A DNA stretch of 64,000 nt, taken from positions 258,361 to 322,360 of the forward strand of contig JACKAE010000005.1 of NCBI GenBank assembly GCA_020635205.1, read 5' to 3'. The first letter of the stretch is position 1. Each line of letters starts with the position of its first letter. This stretch comes from Ignavibacteria bacterium. Its GTDB lineage: Bacteria > Bacteroidota > Ignavibacteria > OLB7. The position numbers and the translations under genes are program-made. The notes below the pieces were generated by a model. That model saw only the letters and a program-made list of their open reading frames with translations, ran no database searches and was not told the origin of the DNA. Positions 9,935 to 20,086 of the stretch are shown piece by piece.

Positions 9935-10642
9935 ATGAGTTCAGATCGCTTACTATATCGCGACCCTGTGCAGTCCCGCTCGTTAGTTGGTGGGGTGCTT
10001 CTGTTGCTGACTCTCCTCTCTGGCTGCAGCGATGTGCCGGAGATTGTGGATGGTGGAGTCTCAATTCCTGGTGTCGGAAGTATGTTTACCACGCAAGTTG
10101 TGCAGCAAGTTGGAGCAGACTCCCCTCCTGTACAGACCTCGATGAAGTTCTCGGTTCAAGTAACCGATATGATTATGGAGGGGAAGGAACGGGTGGTACA
10201 GTTTGCTGCCGACACGCTTGTTACGCTGATTGCCTACGAGACAAATGGAGACCTTTCACTCTATATGGAGCCTGGAGCGTTTGGTCGCTGTCCAGTCTCC
10301 GCCGGGTGGCTCCGCGTTCCTTTCGGAGGAGAGGCTGATGTCAACGATACACTTCTAACAACGGAAGACTGTATCCTTGTGTGGAGTGCGCGACCTTTAG
10401 GAGTTGAATCGGTCATTATCAATGGCTTGTCGCTTAAGACCCAAAAAGTGGTGGCGGAATTGCGTGCCGATGAGTTAGGAGAGGAGGCGGGGTTCCGTTG
10501 TCGCAAGTATACGCTCTGGTATGCCCCAGAACTTGGATATGTTGTGCGAGAACACCTTATCGGTCTTGAAGGAGATAACGAACAGGTCGATACCATCGGC
10601 ACATCGCAAAGGGAACTGAGCGAGTACACCTTGAAGAAGTAG
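9935..10642 (+). CDS. hypothetical lipoprotein
   Basis: 235 aa with a signal peptide and lipobox (LLSGC). No recognised domain. Confidence 0.5.
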   Translation: MSSDRLLYRDPVQSRSLVGGVLLLLTLLSGCSDVPEIVDGGVSIPGVGSMFTTQVVQQVGADSPPVQTSMKFSVQVTDMIMEGKERVVQFAADTLVTLIAYETNGDLSLYMEPGAFGRCPVSAGWLRVPFGGEADVNDTLLTTEDCILVWSARPLGVESVIINGLSLKTQKVVAELRADELGEEAGFRCRKYTLWYAPELGYVVREHLIGLEGDNEQVDTIGTSQRELSEYTLKK

Positions 10643-10769
10643 CGGGAGAGGGTGTCGGACATCAAAATGATAATTCTGAATTAGCTATTGACGTTGAGTA
10701 GTGCAGTGCGTAGATAAGAACCTCATACACTCATATACTCACGAACTCACATACTGAACATAAACTCAA

Positions 10770-11195
10770 ATGCGCTACCATCTGATTCTACTTCTTATCC
10801 TTCCAATTCTTCTACTTGCTTGCAGTGAGGAGAACGATACTACCGAGAAGGCTCCAGAAATGGTTATCATCGAGCCTCCACCATTAGCTGATACGGCATA
10901 CAACCCAGAGAACGAGGTGGTATTCGAGTATACGATCTGGAAGGAGTATGCCCACCTTGCAACGCAGGTTCCAAAAGAGGCTGCCGACAGTGTGATGCGA
11001 GCAATTACGCAATCTTCTCCCGATCCTCGCCGTGTTCGCCAGCAGTTGAAAGATGGACTTGCTCGACTTAACGCACGGCAGGATACGCTCGCTCGCTATA
11101 CGATTGAGCAGAAGTACGGCATCTCCCAAGATTCCATTCAGGCAATTATCGTGGAAGTAGAGGCAAAGCTGAAGAGTGGGGAAATCGAGCGATAA
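10770..11195 (+). CDS. hypothetical lipoprotein
   Basis: 141 aa with signal peptide and lipobox LLAC-SEE. Confidence 0.5.
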   Translation: MRYHLILLLILPILLLACSEENDTTEKAPEMVIIEPPPLADTAYNPENEVVFEYTIWKEYAHLATQVPKEAADSVMRAITQSSPDPRRVRQQLKDGLARLNARQDTLARYTIEQKYGISQDSIQAIIVEVEAKLKSGEIER

Positions 11196-11326
11196 GTTTT
11201 GGGGAGTGGTGGGAGACTGCGGAGAGAACAAAGAACAGATGTGCGGAGGTAAACAGTAATCAAAATCCGTAGCGATCCGCACAATCCGCGTACGATTACA
11301 CTGAGTAGACAAACGAACCGCTCACA

Positions 11327-12784
11327 ATGATTCAAGGGAGAGGAGGCCGGATATTCCTGAGCGTACTGATTACGCTGCCAGTACTCTACTGGCTTGTGTT
11401 GCTGGTTGCACCCCGTGCCTTCGATCATCTCTGGTTCTGGTTTTGGTTTGCTAAGGAGACGCCGATACCCTTTTGGTGGCTCCTTCTTCTTCCGGCAGGG
11501 CTTCTATTTCTGTTGTTGCCGACTCTGCTGAGAAAAATTCCATCCTCCCTTCTTGCCATCACTCTTCTCGTCCTCTTCGGCTACATTACTCAGTGGACAT
11601 TTACGCTCATTGAAGGGCGTGGCATCGAACCGATGTCTGAGAAGATGACCTACCCGGAGATTGCCCACTCCTTCTTTGCAAGCAAAGCTGTTGGGGAGAT
11701 CAACGTTTCGGAGATGATTCGTACATACGACCAACTGATCGTTGTCGACTCTCTCCCTCGATTCCCATTTATCACAAAGCCTCCCGGACATTTCCTAACC
11801 TACATCGCAACGGAACGGCTTGGCCGCCTTATGCTCGGCACTCCAACCGCAACATCGGATCGTCTGCAACAACTTGCGAACTTCGCCTCGTTCCTCTGGC
11901 CATTGCTGACCTTTCTCGCTCTCTTCCCCCTCTACTTCCTCGGGCGTAGGTTCTTAAGTGAAGAAGAGAGCCGAATCATGCTTCTCCTCTATACACTTAC
12001 CCCGAATATCGTGTTGATGACGATGCACCTCGATCAGTGCCTTCTCCCCTCTCTCTTCCTATCTGTAGTTCTCCTCTTCTTGAAGAGTGTCGAGAAAGAG
12101 AGCGTAGTGCTTACACTCCTCTGTGGTTTCCTTCTTGGCGTCGCATCCTTTTTCTCTTTCTCTATGGTAACTCTCTTTCCGCTGTTAGGACTTTGGCACG
12201 GAGGCGCAGAATTGCTCCGTGCAAAGCGGGAGAATAACTCTTGGAAAACTATGTTGGTGGTAAGTCTCAGGCCGACACTCACGCCACTTACTCTTACTCT
12301 GGTTGGGTTTGCGCTCTTCCACATCATTCTTCTGATCGGCTTCGACTACAACTGGGTGAGAGAATATCAGGTAGCGCAGGAGGCACATGGAGTCTGGAAA
12401 ATTCAAGAGTGGGATATTATTAGAACAATCTGGGTTGGTTTCCTCGACCTCTTCGAGTATGCCGTCTGGATTGGCTTTCCGATAGCACTCTTCGCTTTGC
12501 TCCGTTCGGGAGTCACGATCAAACGTTTGCGCAAGCACTCTTTGCGGAGTGGGGATGCGATGATTCTCTCTCTTCTCTTTCTCTTGTTCCTTCTCTCTTT
12601 CTTCGGCAAGACAGTCGCCGAGACCGGGCGACTCTGGACATTCTTGCTTCCACTCGTGCTAATCGTTGCAGTGATGGGGTTGCGCCTTTTCCCAAAACGA
12701 TTCCGCTCAACACTTCTCATTCTGTTGATTCTCCTCCAATTCCTTCATACATTCTTCATGCGGTGGTTGCAGGATTTTGCGTAA
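11327..12784 (+). CDS. polytopic integral membrane protein (GT-C/ArnT-like fold suspected)
   Basis: 485 aa with at least 10 predicted TM helices. Its general organisation resembles the 50627..51910 membrane protein. Confidence 0.55.
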   Translation: MIQGRGGRIFLSVLITLPVLYWLVLLVAPRAFDHLWFWFWFAKETPIPFWWLLLLPAGLLFLLLPTLLRKIPSSLLAITLLVLFGYITQWTFTLIEGRGIEPMSEKMTYPEIAHSFFASKAVGEINVSEMIRTYDQLIVVDSLPRFPFITKPPGHFLTYIATERLGRLMLGTPTATSDRLQQLANFASFLWPLLTFLALFPLYFLGRRFLSEEESRIMLLLYTLTPNIVLMTMHLDQCLLPSLFLSVVLLFLKSVEKESVVLTLLCGFLLGVASFFSFSMVTLFPLLGLWHGGAELLRAKRENNSWKTMLVVSLRPTLTPLTLTLVGFALFHIILLIGFDYNWVREYQVAQEAHGVWKIQEWDIIRTIWVGFLDLFEYAVWIGFPIALFALLRSGVTIKRLRKHSLRSGDAMILSLLFLLFLLSFFGKTVAETGRLWTFLLPLVLIVAVMGLRLFPKRFRSTLLILLILLQFLHTFFMRWLQDFA

Positions 12785-12850
12785 GAGTGGGTGAGTGTAT
12801 AGAGTTCATAGAGAGGAGAGTTGATAGAGTGTATAGAATTGGTAGACGCA
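12781..12850 (+). repeat. heptamer-based dispersed repeat copy
   Basis: GAGTGGGTGAGTGTATAGAGTTCATAGAGAGGAGAGTTGATAGAGTGTATAGAATTGGTAGA. Confidence 0.7.
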
Positions 12851-12928
12851 GGTCTTCAGCCTGCGCGGGGATAGTAGAGCTGAGAAGATCACAGCATTAA
12901 CAACTGAAGCGTATAGAAGAAATCAATC

Positions 12929-13651
12929 ATGGATTATACACAAGAATCATATCGCGTGCGGTGCGAGTGGGGAGAGGGAGGGGTGAAAATCCTTGCGCCG
13001 ATGTGTGATGTTATCGTCATCGTCGATGTCCTCTCATTCTCTACCTGTGTTGACGTTGCACTCTCGCGTGAAGCCGAAGTCTATCCCTATGCTTGGAAGG
13101 ATGAGCGGGGACGAATGTATGCTGAGGAGATCGGCGGAGTTCTCGCCGAGAAACGAGGAACAAGCCATTTCTCTCTCTCCCCATTCTCCTTGCAGACTCT
13201 TCCGGCAAAAACAAAGTTGGTGCTCCCCTCGCCAAATGGTTCTACGCTGACGACGATTGCTGCGGAGCAGGTTGATCTGGTGATTACCTCTTGCTTGCGC
13301 AACGCTGAAGCAGTTGGTCAAATGCTCTCTACACATAGTGGAACGATTGGTGTGATTCCCGCCGGAGAACGCTGGCCCGACGGAAGTTTGCGTCCAGCAC
13401 TGGAAGACTGGCTTGGAGCTGGAGCGGTTCTTGCTGCGTTGTCAGGTGATCTCTCACCTGAAGCTGAAGTTGCCGCCAACCTCTTCGAATCTACTCGAAG
13501 CAACCTCGAAGAAACTCTCCTGAACTGCTCGTCGGGACGTGAACTGGTCGACCGTGGTTTTCGAGAGGATGTACAAATTGCAGCGGAACTGAACGTAAGC
13601 CGAAACGTCCCTACCCTGCGTGAAGGGAGATATGTGAGAGTTGAGGGTTAA
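12929..13651 (+). CDS. 2-phosphosulfolactate phosphatase (ComB)-family protein
   Basis: 240 aa. VIVIVDVLSFSTCV matches the ComB-family DVLRATST-type motif, and the size is typical for the family. Confidence 0.55.
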   Translation: MDYTQESYRVRCEWGEGGVKILAPMCDVIVIVDVLSFSTCVDVALSREAEVYPYAWKDERGRMYAEEIGGVLAEKRGTSHFSLSPFSLQTLPAKTKLVLPSPNGSTLTTIAAEQVDLVITSCLRNAEAVGQMLSTHSGTIGVIPAGERWPDGSLRPALEDWLGAGAVLAALSGDLSPEAEVAANLFESTRSNLEETLLNCSSGRELVDRGFREDVQIAAELNVSRNVPTLREGRYVRVEG

Positions 13652-13685
13652 GAGTCAGGAGTCTGAGAGTTGGCTCTATATGTGT
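13625..13685 (+). repeat. heptamer-based dispersed repeat copy
   Basis: GATATGTGAGAGTTGAGGGTTAAGAGTCAGGAGTCTGAGAGTTGG, spanning the ComB-like stop. Confidence 0.65.
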
Positions 13686-13796
13686 GAGGGGACAATTAGT
13701 TGTTTACACGAAAGCCATACTTGTGGCTTTCATGCTCGACTGCCACAAATTCTTAACTCTCAACACTATAAACTCTACGAACTCGAAGAACTAAAT

Positions 13797-14543
13797 ATGA
13801 CTCGAGAAACAATTCTTGAACGACTTCGCTCTACCCTTGAACCCTTAAGCTATGTTGATGCGATGTGGGAGGGGGGATCAGCGGCCTTCAATCGCGTAGA
13901 CGAGTGGTCAGATATTGACGTGCAGGTGATCTGCAATGACGAACGTGTGGAAGATGCCTTCACGGCTGTAGAGAATGCCTTTGCCGATCCCGGTATCGAG
14001 ACTCGCTACCGTCTCCCTGAGCCAACGTGGCACGGACACTCACAAGCCTTTTACTCTCTTGCCGATACAAGTCCGTTCCTGATGCTCGACTTCGTTGTGA
14101 TGAAGCGAAGCAATCCGCGACGGATGCGAGAGATAGAAATCCACGGCGAATCAGTTGTTCACTTTGATAAGGAGAATGTTCTGACCGAAGATCACGTGAA
14201 TCAAGAGGAACTCTCCGATCGATTGAAGAGACGCCTTGAAGAGATGGCGACGACGTTCGATCTTTTCCAACCCTTGGTGATAAAAGAAATCTATCGTGGC
14301 AATCGTGCCGAGGCACTACAGTTCTATCACGGGATGACGCTCCGTCCGTTAGTGGAAGTACTTCGAATCAAGCATTCTCCGGCTCGGCACAACTTTCACG
14401 TCCGTTACATCTACCACGATTTGCCACACGACATTGCCGAACGAATAGAATCCCTTTTCTTTGTGACTGGCCTCGATGATCTTGAAAAGAAATTCCGCGA
14501 AGCAGGTGAATGGTTTCGGGAGGAATTGAGAACGAAGAATTAA
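13797..14543 (+). CDS. nucleotidyltransferase-domain protein (ANT(6)/Adenyl_transf-like?)
   Basis: An MTRETILERL start is preferred over the 13641 ORF start, which runs through the heptamer repeat. The GGSAAFNRVDEWSDIDVQV motif is a Pol-beta-type NTase GS...D.D signature. Length and layout resemble aminoglycoside 6-adenylyltransferases. Confidence 0.55.
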   Translation: MTRETILERLRSTLEPLSYVDAMWEGGSAAFNRVDEWSDIDVQVICNDERVEDAFTAVENAFADPGIETRYRLPEPTWHGHSQAFYSLADTSPFLMLDFVVMKRSNPRRMREIEIHGESVVHFDKENVLTEDHVNQEELSDRLKRRLEEMATTFDLFQPLVIKEIYRGNRAEALQFYHGMTLRPLVEVLRIKHSPARHNFHVRYIYHDLPHDIAERIESLFFVTGLDDLEKKFREAGEWFREELRTKN

Positions 14544-14648
14544 GAGTCAAGAAAGGGATGGAAAACAAAAATTCCTTTACGTTCTTTGTCTCCTTCGCGT
14601 CTTTGCGCCTTTGCGTGACAGCATTGCCTGAGTTCCTCTACACATACA

Positions 14649-15152
14649 ATGAACGCCAACTACTGGATCAACAAACTCAACTTGATTGAACATCCCGAGG
14701 GGGGCTACTTCCGTGAAGTCTATCGTTCTACGCACTCTATGTCCCCGGATGCTCTCCCGGCAGGGTTGAGCGGAGAACACGATCTTGCCACCTCGATCTA
14801 CTTCCTGATTACAAGTGCAAAGCCTTCTCACTTCCACCGACTGAAGTCCGATGAACTTTGGTACTTCCACGAAGGCACTCCCATTACAATCCACACGATA
14901 GATGTGGAGGGAGAATATCGACCGTTGAAGTTGGGGAGAAACATTGAGGCTGGAGAAGACTTTCAGCATATCGTCCCCTCACATACCTGGTTCGGGGCAA
15001 CGGTAGAGGATGCGGGTGGATTCGGCTTGGTGAGTTGTACCGTAGTTCCCGGTTTCGAGTTCAGTGATTTTGAACTTGCGAGTCGTTCGGAACTGCTTCG
15101 GGAGTTCCCAGAACATCAACAGATTATTGAACGGCTTACTTCAGTAGAATAG
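14649..15152 (+). CDS. cupin (DUF985-like) protein
   Basis: 167 aa. The N-terminus LIEHPEGGYFREVYRS is typical of DUF985 cupins. Confidence 0.6.
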   Translation: MNANYWINKLNLIEHPEGGYFREVYRSTHSMSPDALPAGLSGEHDLATSIYFLITSAKPSHFHRLKSDELWYFHEGTPITIHTIDVEGEYRPLKLGRNIEAGEDFQHIVPSHTWFGATVEDAGGFGLVSCTVVPGFEFSDFELASRSELLREFPEHQQIIERLTSVE

Positions 15153-15154
15153 TT

Positions 15155-15694
15155 ATGGAAGATTCATTTAGTGCGGGATTCCTCGCGTTAGCACGCCACG
15201 AGTTTCGTCGGTTAAAATCTCTTGCCGATAAAGGAATTGCGCAGGTTGATCCGACAAACTTTTTTGCTCGTTCCGACGGTGAGTCGAACAGCATTGCAAT
15301 TCTCGTAAAGCACATGTCGGGCAACCTTCGCTCACGCTGGACCGATTTTTTAACGACCGACGGAGAGAAGCCAGATCGCAACCGTGATACTGAGTTTGAA
15401 GTGGAAAACTCGGAGAGAGCAGAGCACCTAATGTCTGAGTGGGAAGATTGCTGGAACGTTCTCTTTAATACTCTCGAGGAATTAACGCCGAGCGATCTGA
15501 CCCGGACAATCACAATTCGTGGCGAGGAGTTTTTGGTCTATCAAGCAATTACTCGGCAGATCAGCCACTACGCATATCACGTTGGACAGATTGTGATGTT
15601 AGCGAAGCGTTGGCGTTCGGGAGAGTGGCAGACGCTGAGTATTGCGCGAGGAAAATCGGAAGAGTTCAGAGCAAATCCAGAGAAATACTTGTAG
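15155..15694 (+). CDS. DinB_2/DUF1572-family protein
   Basis: 179 aa; helix-bundle DinB-like with a HYAYHVGQI motif. Separated from the preceding gene by 3 nt. Confidence 0.55.
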   Translation: MEDSFSAGFLALARHEFRRLKSLADKGIAQVDPTNFFARSDGESNSIAILVKHMSGNLRSRWTDFLTTDGEKPDRNRDTEFEVENSERAEHLMSEWEDCWNVLFNTLEELTPSDLTRTITIRGEEFLVYQAITRQISHYAYHVGQIVMLAKRWRSGEWQTLSIARGKSEEFRANPEKYL

Positions 15695-15770
15695 GATTTT
15701 ACTCTTCTCCCAACAAACATTTGTAGATTTAAGAGCCACATGATAATTCCTCACATAAACATGAAAGAAC

Positions 15771-16001
15771 ATGGATGATCTCATCAAAAAAGTAGCAGAC
15801 AAAGTTGGTATTACTACAGAACAAGCCAAAGATGCTGTAGAAACAGTAATGAACTTTATGAAGGATAAATTCCCTGATATTGGAGATAAAGTAAAAGGAC
15901 TCGTTTCTGGTCTGGATAAAGATGGTGACGGACTCGACATGGGAGATGTGAAGAGTGCCGTTACTGGTCTCTTCGGCAAGAAAGATGAAGAGGGTGATTA
16001 A
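15771..16001 (+). CDS. small acidic hypothetical protein
   Basis: 76-aa ORF in a locally AT-rich stretch. Lys/Asp-rich with a DKDGDGLDMGD (EF-hand-like?) loop. Weak hairpin downstream (16029..16061). Confidence 0.4.
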   Translation: MDDLIKKVADKVGITTEQAKDAVETVMNFMKDKFPDIGDKVKGLVSGLDKDGDGLDMGDVKSAVTGLFGKKDEEGD

Positions 16002-16092
16002 TCAACGGTAGAAGTTCCCAAGGTGTGCAAGGGTAGAGAGAGGTGCTATCCTTGCACATCATTTACGTAAAATAGACCAACGCCAGATCGCC

Positions 16093-16557
16093 ATGACAGC
16101 TGAAGAACGTGCAGAGCAGATTGAGGCCATTCGCTCGTTGCCAGAGTTGCTGGAAAATGCTGTGGCAGACCTGAGTGATCGCCGCCTCGACACCTCCTAC
16201 CGTGAAGGTGGGTGGACACGCCGCCAAGTTGTTCACCACATTGCCGACTCACACCTGAACGGCTACACGCGGATGAAGCTGATCTTGACAGAGAACCGAC
16301 CGACGTTGAAGCCCTACGATCAAGATGCGTGGGCTACCCTCTCTGATTCAACTCTTCCAGTTAAAGGAACGCTTGCGCTGCTGCGAGGACTTCACCAACG
16401 TTGGGGGGCTTTCCTCGACACGGTTAGGGATGATGAGTGGCATCGAGTTGCCGACCATCCAGAAGATGGGGAAGTGACGCTCGAAGAACTACTTAGAATT
16501 TACGCTTGGCACGGCATCCATCACCTGAACCAGATTATGTCGGAGAGTGCCTTTTAA
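16093..16557 (+). CDS. DinB/YfiT-family metal-dependent hydrolase (bacillithiol-transferase-like)
   Basis: 154 aa. Three conserved His positions (HHIADSH ... WHGIHHLNQI) are typical of DinB/YfiT. Confidence 0.7.
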   Translation: MTAEERAEQIEAIRSLPELLENAVADLSDRRLDTSYREGGWTRRQVVHHIADSHLNGYTRMKLILTENRPTLKPYDQDAWATLSDSTLPVKGTLALLRGLHQRWGAFLDTVRDDEWHRVADHPEDGEVTLEELLRIYAWHGIHHLNQIMSESAF

Positions 16558-16771
16558 AAAGCCCTCTTCGTGGTAGGTGAAGATTTAGCGAAGCCGAGAG
16601 TAGGTCTTCTGATCTGTCGTGGTGGATATCGAATATCCCCGAAGGGAATACCACGGGTTATTTTGCAGAATATCGGCAACAGGATAGTTCTTCTCTACAA
16701 GACCTGCGAGACTCTTCACTCCGCTACGCTTCATTCAGAGTGACCAGGATAGTATTGTAGAGTCATTCCAG

Positions 16772-18943
16772 TCATCTCAACCGCAACATCCGTCCTCGCA
16801 CCACCTTCAACTCTAACCAGGTCACGTTCTCTTCACCTATCGTATCCATCACTGGACGGAGATACTCCAGACCATGCTTCAGGAACGCACCTTGAATTTG
16901 CCTTGCCTTTTCGTTCGGGACAATCCGATCAATATCTTGAATCAATCCGTGGAGGACAGCATCGGAGATATGATCCTCGATTGTCCTCAACGTGATATCC
17001 CGTTCAGCCGCAATCTCTTCAGGTGAAAGGCCACGGTTGAAGAGTTCTCCCGTGATCTCCGCACTCTCCGAAAGCTCTCCAACTTCTACAGTTATTCTCG
17101 GTGATGGCGTCGTGATCTGCGTTCCCTTCACTCCCGGATTCTCTTCCACAAACCTACCGACCAATTCAAGGAACGCTCTGCCATACCGATTCGCCTTCAC
17201 ATCTCCTACGCCACTGATTTGCAAGAGATCATCATGGTTCAGTGGCATCCTCTGCGCCATCTCCTGCAATGTCTTATCTCCAAAAATCACGTAGGGAGGA
17301 ACGTTCTGCCGATCTGCGGTTCGCTTGCGAAGTGAGCGGAGTTGACCGAAGAGAATCTGTTCCGTTTCGGAGAGCACTTCCTTCCCCTTCGCTTTCTGAT
17401 TCCCCTTCTTCTCTGGTCGTCGTGTCCGCTGCAGCTCTACGCTCCGTTCATTTCGGAGCACTTCCCAACCCTTCTCCGTAACGCTCAGCGTGTTAAAGGC
17501 TTCTATCCGTTGGCGCAGATAACCTTCAGAAACCAGAGCAGTGGCAAGCCAACGCCACTCTGTTGTCGGCTGATCTTTTCCCACTCCCCACGTTGGAAGC
17601 AGGTGGTGGCGGTTGCCGATAATCTTTGTCGCCTCAGAACCGCGCAACACATCAATTGTGTAGGAGATGCCGAAGCTCTCCTTCAGCCGGACAACACAGG
17701 AGAGGAGTTTCTGTGCCATTGTTGTGGCGTCGAAGAATTCGGAGAGAGAAGGGTTCAGGCAATTGTCGCACGCGCCGCAGTTCTCCTCTGGGTAATCTTC
17801 GCCGAAGTGAGAGAGGAGCACTTTCCTTCGACATTTCCCCGACTCAGCGTAGGCGGTAATTTCATCTAAACTTGAGAGTGCAACAGCACGTTCTTGCGGG
17901 TCGACCATCTCCGTGATGAAGTGGAGAACCTTGCTTCGGTCACCACTACTGTAGAGGAGGAGACAGTCGGATGGGAGTCCATCCCGTCCTGCACGACCAA
18001 TCTCTTGGTAGTAGCTCATCATATTCTTCGGCAGGTTGTAGTGGATCACATACCGCACATTCGATTTGTCGATCCCCATGCCGAAGGCAATCGTTGCGCA
18101 AATCACATCTACCTCATCCCTCTCGAACATCTCCTGATGTTTTGTTCGACTCTCCCGATTCAATCCAGCGTGGTAGGGGAGTGCACGATAGCCTTGTCTC
18201 TCGAGCCGTTCTGCCAACTTCTCCGTGGCAGCCCGGCTCATGCAGTAGATAATACCCGACTCACCCGGAAAGCGATTCACCAAATCGAAAATCTGACTCA
18301 CCCCACTTTTATGCTGCACACTGATATTCAGGTTCGGTCGGTCGAAGCTCGCTACGTAGGTCTTCGCATTGTTCCCCAGCCGGAGTTGCTCCAGAATGTC
18401 GGCTCGCACTCGCTGGTTGGCAGTGGCGGTCATCGCAATCACCGGAACGTTCGGGTAACGATCCCGGAGCGTTGAGAGATTCCGGTAGTCAACCCGGAAG
18501 TCGTGTCCCCACTCGCTGATACAGTGGGCTTCATCGACCGCAATCAGTGAGAGCGTAGCACGATCCAGTAGGTCGAGCGTTGCCGGCAGCAATAGACGTT
18601 CTGGAGCCAAGTAGAGAAGTTTGATCTTCCCCTGAAGGGCATCACTCTTCCGCTGTTCAATCTCACTATAGTCGAGCGAACTGTTGATAAACGTCGCCGG
18701 AACCCCGGCAGCTTGCAGGGCATCTACCTGATCTTTCATCAGAGCGATAAGCGGGGAGACAACAACGGTAAGTCCGGGAAGCAGTAGAGCAGGCAACTGA
18801 TAGCAGAGAGACTTCCCCCCACCAGTCGGCATCAACACAAACGAGTTATCTCCGGCAACCACACCGGAGATAATCTCCTCCTGCAGAGGCCGAAACTCAG
18901 AATACCCAAAATAGTGCTGAAGCGTAGCGCGAAGATTATTCAT
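16772..18943 (-). CDS. recQ: ATP-dependent DNA helicase RecQ
   Basis: 723 aa with DEAH box (VDEAHCISEWGHDFR), Walker A (PTGGGKSLCYQLPAL), RecQ-Ct zinc cluster (CGACDNC), winged helix and C-terminal HRDC region. Confidence 0.93.
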   Translation of the reverse strand: MNNLRATLQHYFGYSEFRPLQEEIISGVVAGDNSFVLMPTGGGKSLCYQLPALLLPGLTVVVSPLIALMKDQVDALQAAGVPATFINSSLDYSEIEQRKSDALQGKIKLLYLAPERLLLPATLDLLDRATLSLIAVDEAHCISEWGHDFRVDYRNLSTLRDRYPNVPVIAMTATANQRVRADILEQLRLGNNAKTYVASFDRPNLNISVQHKSGVSQIFDLVNRFPGESGIIYCMSRAATEKLAERLERQGYRALPYHAGLNRESRTKHQEMFERDEVDVICATIAFGMGIDKSNVRYVIHYNLPKNMMSYYQEIGRAGRDGLPSDCLLLYSSGDRSKVLHFITEMVDPQERAVALSSLDEITAYAESGKCRRKVLLSHFGEDYPEENCGACDNCLNPSLSEFFDATTMAQKLLSCVVRLKESFGISYTIDVLRGSEATKIIGNRHHLLPTWGVGKDQPTTEWRWLATALVSEGYLRQRIEAFNTLSVTEKGWEVLRNERSVELQRTRRPEKKGNQKAKGKEVLSETEQILFGQLRSLRKRTADRQNVPPYVIFGDKTLQEMAQRMPLNHDDLLQISGVGDVKANRYGRAFLELVGRFVEENPGVKGTQITTPSPRITVEVGELSESAEITGELFNRGLSPEEIAAERDITLRTIEDHISDAVLHGLIQDIDRIVPNEKARQIQGAFLKHGLEYLRPVMDTIGEENVTWLELKVVRGRMLRLR

Positions 18944-19455
18944 GATCGTTTTGAGGTTTTGTGGGTGATGTTGCGATGGGGGAAGATACGGTTTCCTGAA
19001 ATCTGAAAGCCTTTGCTATTTTCTTAATACATCCCAATTAGCCAGTGGGAGGCGGATTCATAGTTGTCCTTCGTAATTCCGTTGGAATCGGGATGGTAGA
19101 TGTAGGGTATCGGGTGACATAGGGAGAGTAGAGGGGCGAGGTCTGTTGAAGAGGAAATGGGACGACGTGGTTCCGTTCTGTTTGTGCATACCCGACGCGG
19201 TTGCGGAAGATCGAGATGTGGGGGCTCGACAGAGATAGAAGGGAACGCTCGGAGTGTCTGACAGCTTGCCGCAGGCTGTCAGACACTCCGAGAACATCAG
19301 AAATGCCTGTGATGTGTGAAGATCATCTTCCGAAGGGGATTCATAACTGCTATAATGGAAGCATAGTCTTGCAAGTTGCGGATACGAATGTCTGGGTATC
19401 AGGGATAACGGTTCTATATCCCTTGCCGCAACCACATTGTTAGATTGTCTGCTAC

Positions 19456-19989
19456 CTAAAGAACAAAAGTAATGCCTGCTCCTCCCGATGCTATCACTGA
19501 GTTCCCTCCAAGTTCTAGATGAACCGCAATGTTATCGTTGAAGTAGTAGCGTCCACCGATTATAACGCCGATTCCAAAGCCACCAGCTCCGCTTCCACTA
19601 TAGATCTCTCCTGAGTTGGAGGTAGTCTTTGTATTCCATATGTAGTATCCGGCGGTTGCTCCAGCATACAGATCATATTCAGAAGGAATCTTGAGAACTC
19701 TGTCGAAATAGTACTTTCCTGCTCCGCTAAATCCTATAATTGTATGCTGCCAGCTTGATCTATAGGATGCCGTGTTATAGGATTCACCAATAGATTGATA
19801 GCTACCCCCTATGCCGATGTTGAAATCTCTGCTAGCGTTGAATTCTACAGATCCATATATCGGTACACCCCATCCGGACATGCCAACCCCGACGTTGATT
19901 CTGGTGTGGGATAGCTGAGTGGCATCTTGAGCAAGTGTAGATGAACCTGTAATCATCACAGAGTAAATAAAAATTAGAATCTTTTTCAT
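19456..19989 (-). CDS. small outer-membrane beta-barrel protein (porin-family fold)
   Basis: 177 aa with signal peptide (MKKILIFIYSVMITGSSTLAQ), alternating Gly/aromatic strands and a C-terminal F/L. AT-rich relative to flanking DNA. Confidence 0.5.
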   Translation of the reverse strand: MKKILIFIYSVMITGSSTLAQDATQLSHTRINVGVGMSGWGVPIYGSVEFNASRDFNIGIGGSYQSIGESYNTASYRSSWQHTIIGFSGAGKYYFDRVLKIPSEYDLYAGATAGYYIWNTKTTSNSGEIYSGSGAGGFGIGVIIGGRYYFNDNIAVHLELGGNSVIASGGAGITFVL

Positions 19990-20086
19990 GTGTGTTGTGT
20001 GGTATTAATAAATATGTTGATCTTTAGCAAACGTGTACCTTTATCAAGTGACATGTTGATCTGCTTCTGCTGAGATATTCATGATT

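Noticed and set aside
13641-13796. N-terminal 52-codon extension of the nucleotidyltransferase ORF (start at 13641)
   Set aside because: The extension is translated from the heptamer repeat and an intergenic palindrome-like stretch. A good ATG (MTRETILERL) at 13797 gives a protein of family-typical length.
19038-19443. Small ORFs (19058..19435, 19201..19443) in the recQ-OMP spacer
   Set aside because: No coding signal, overlapping each other on opposite strands. The region more likely carries regulatory/structural DNA, including the 18-bp palindrome.
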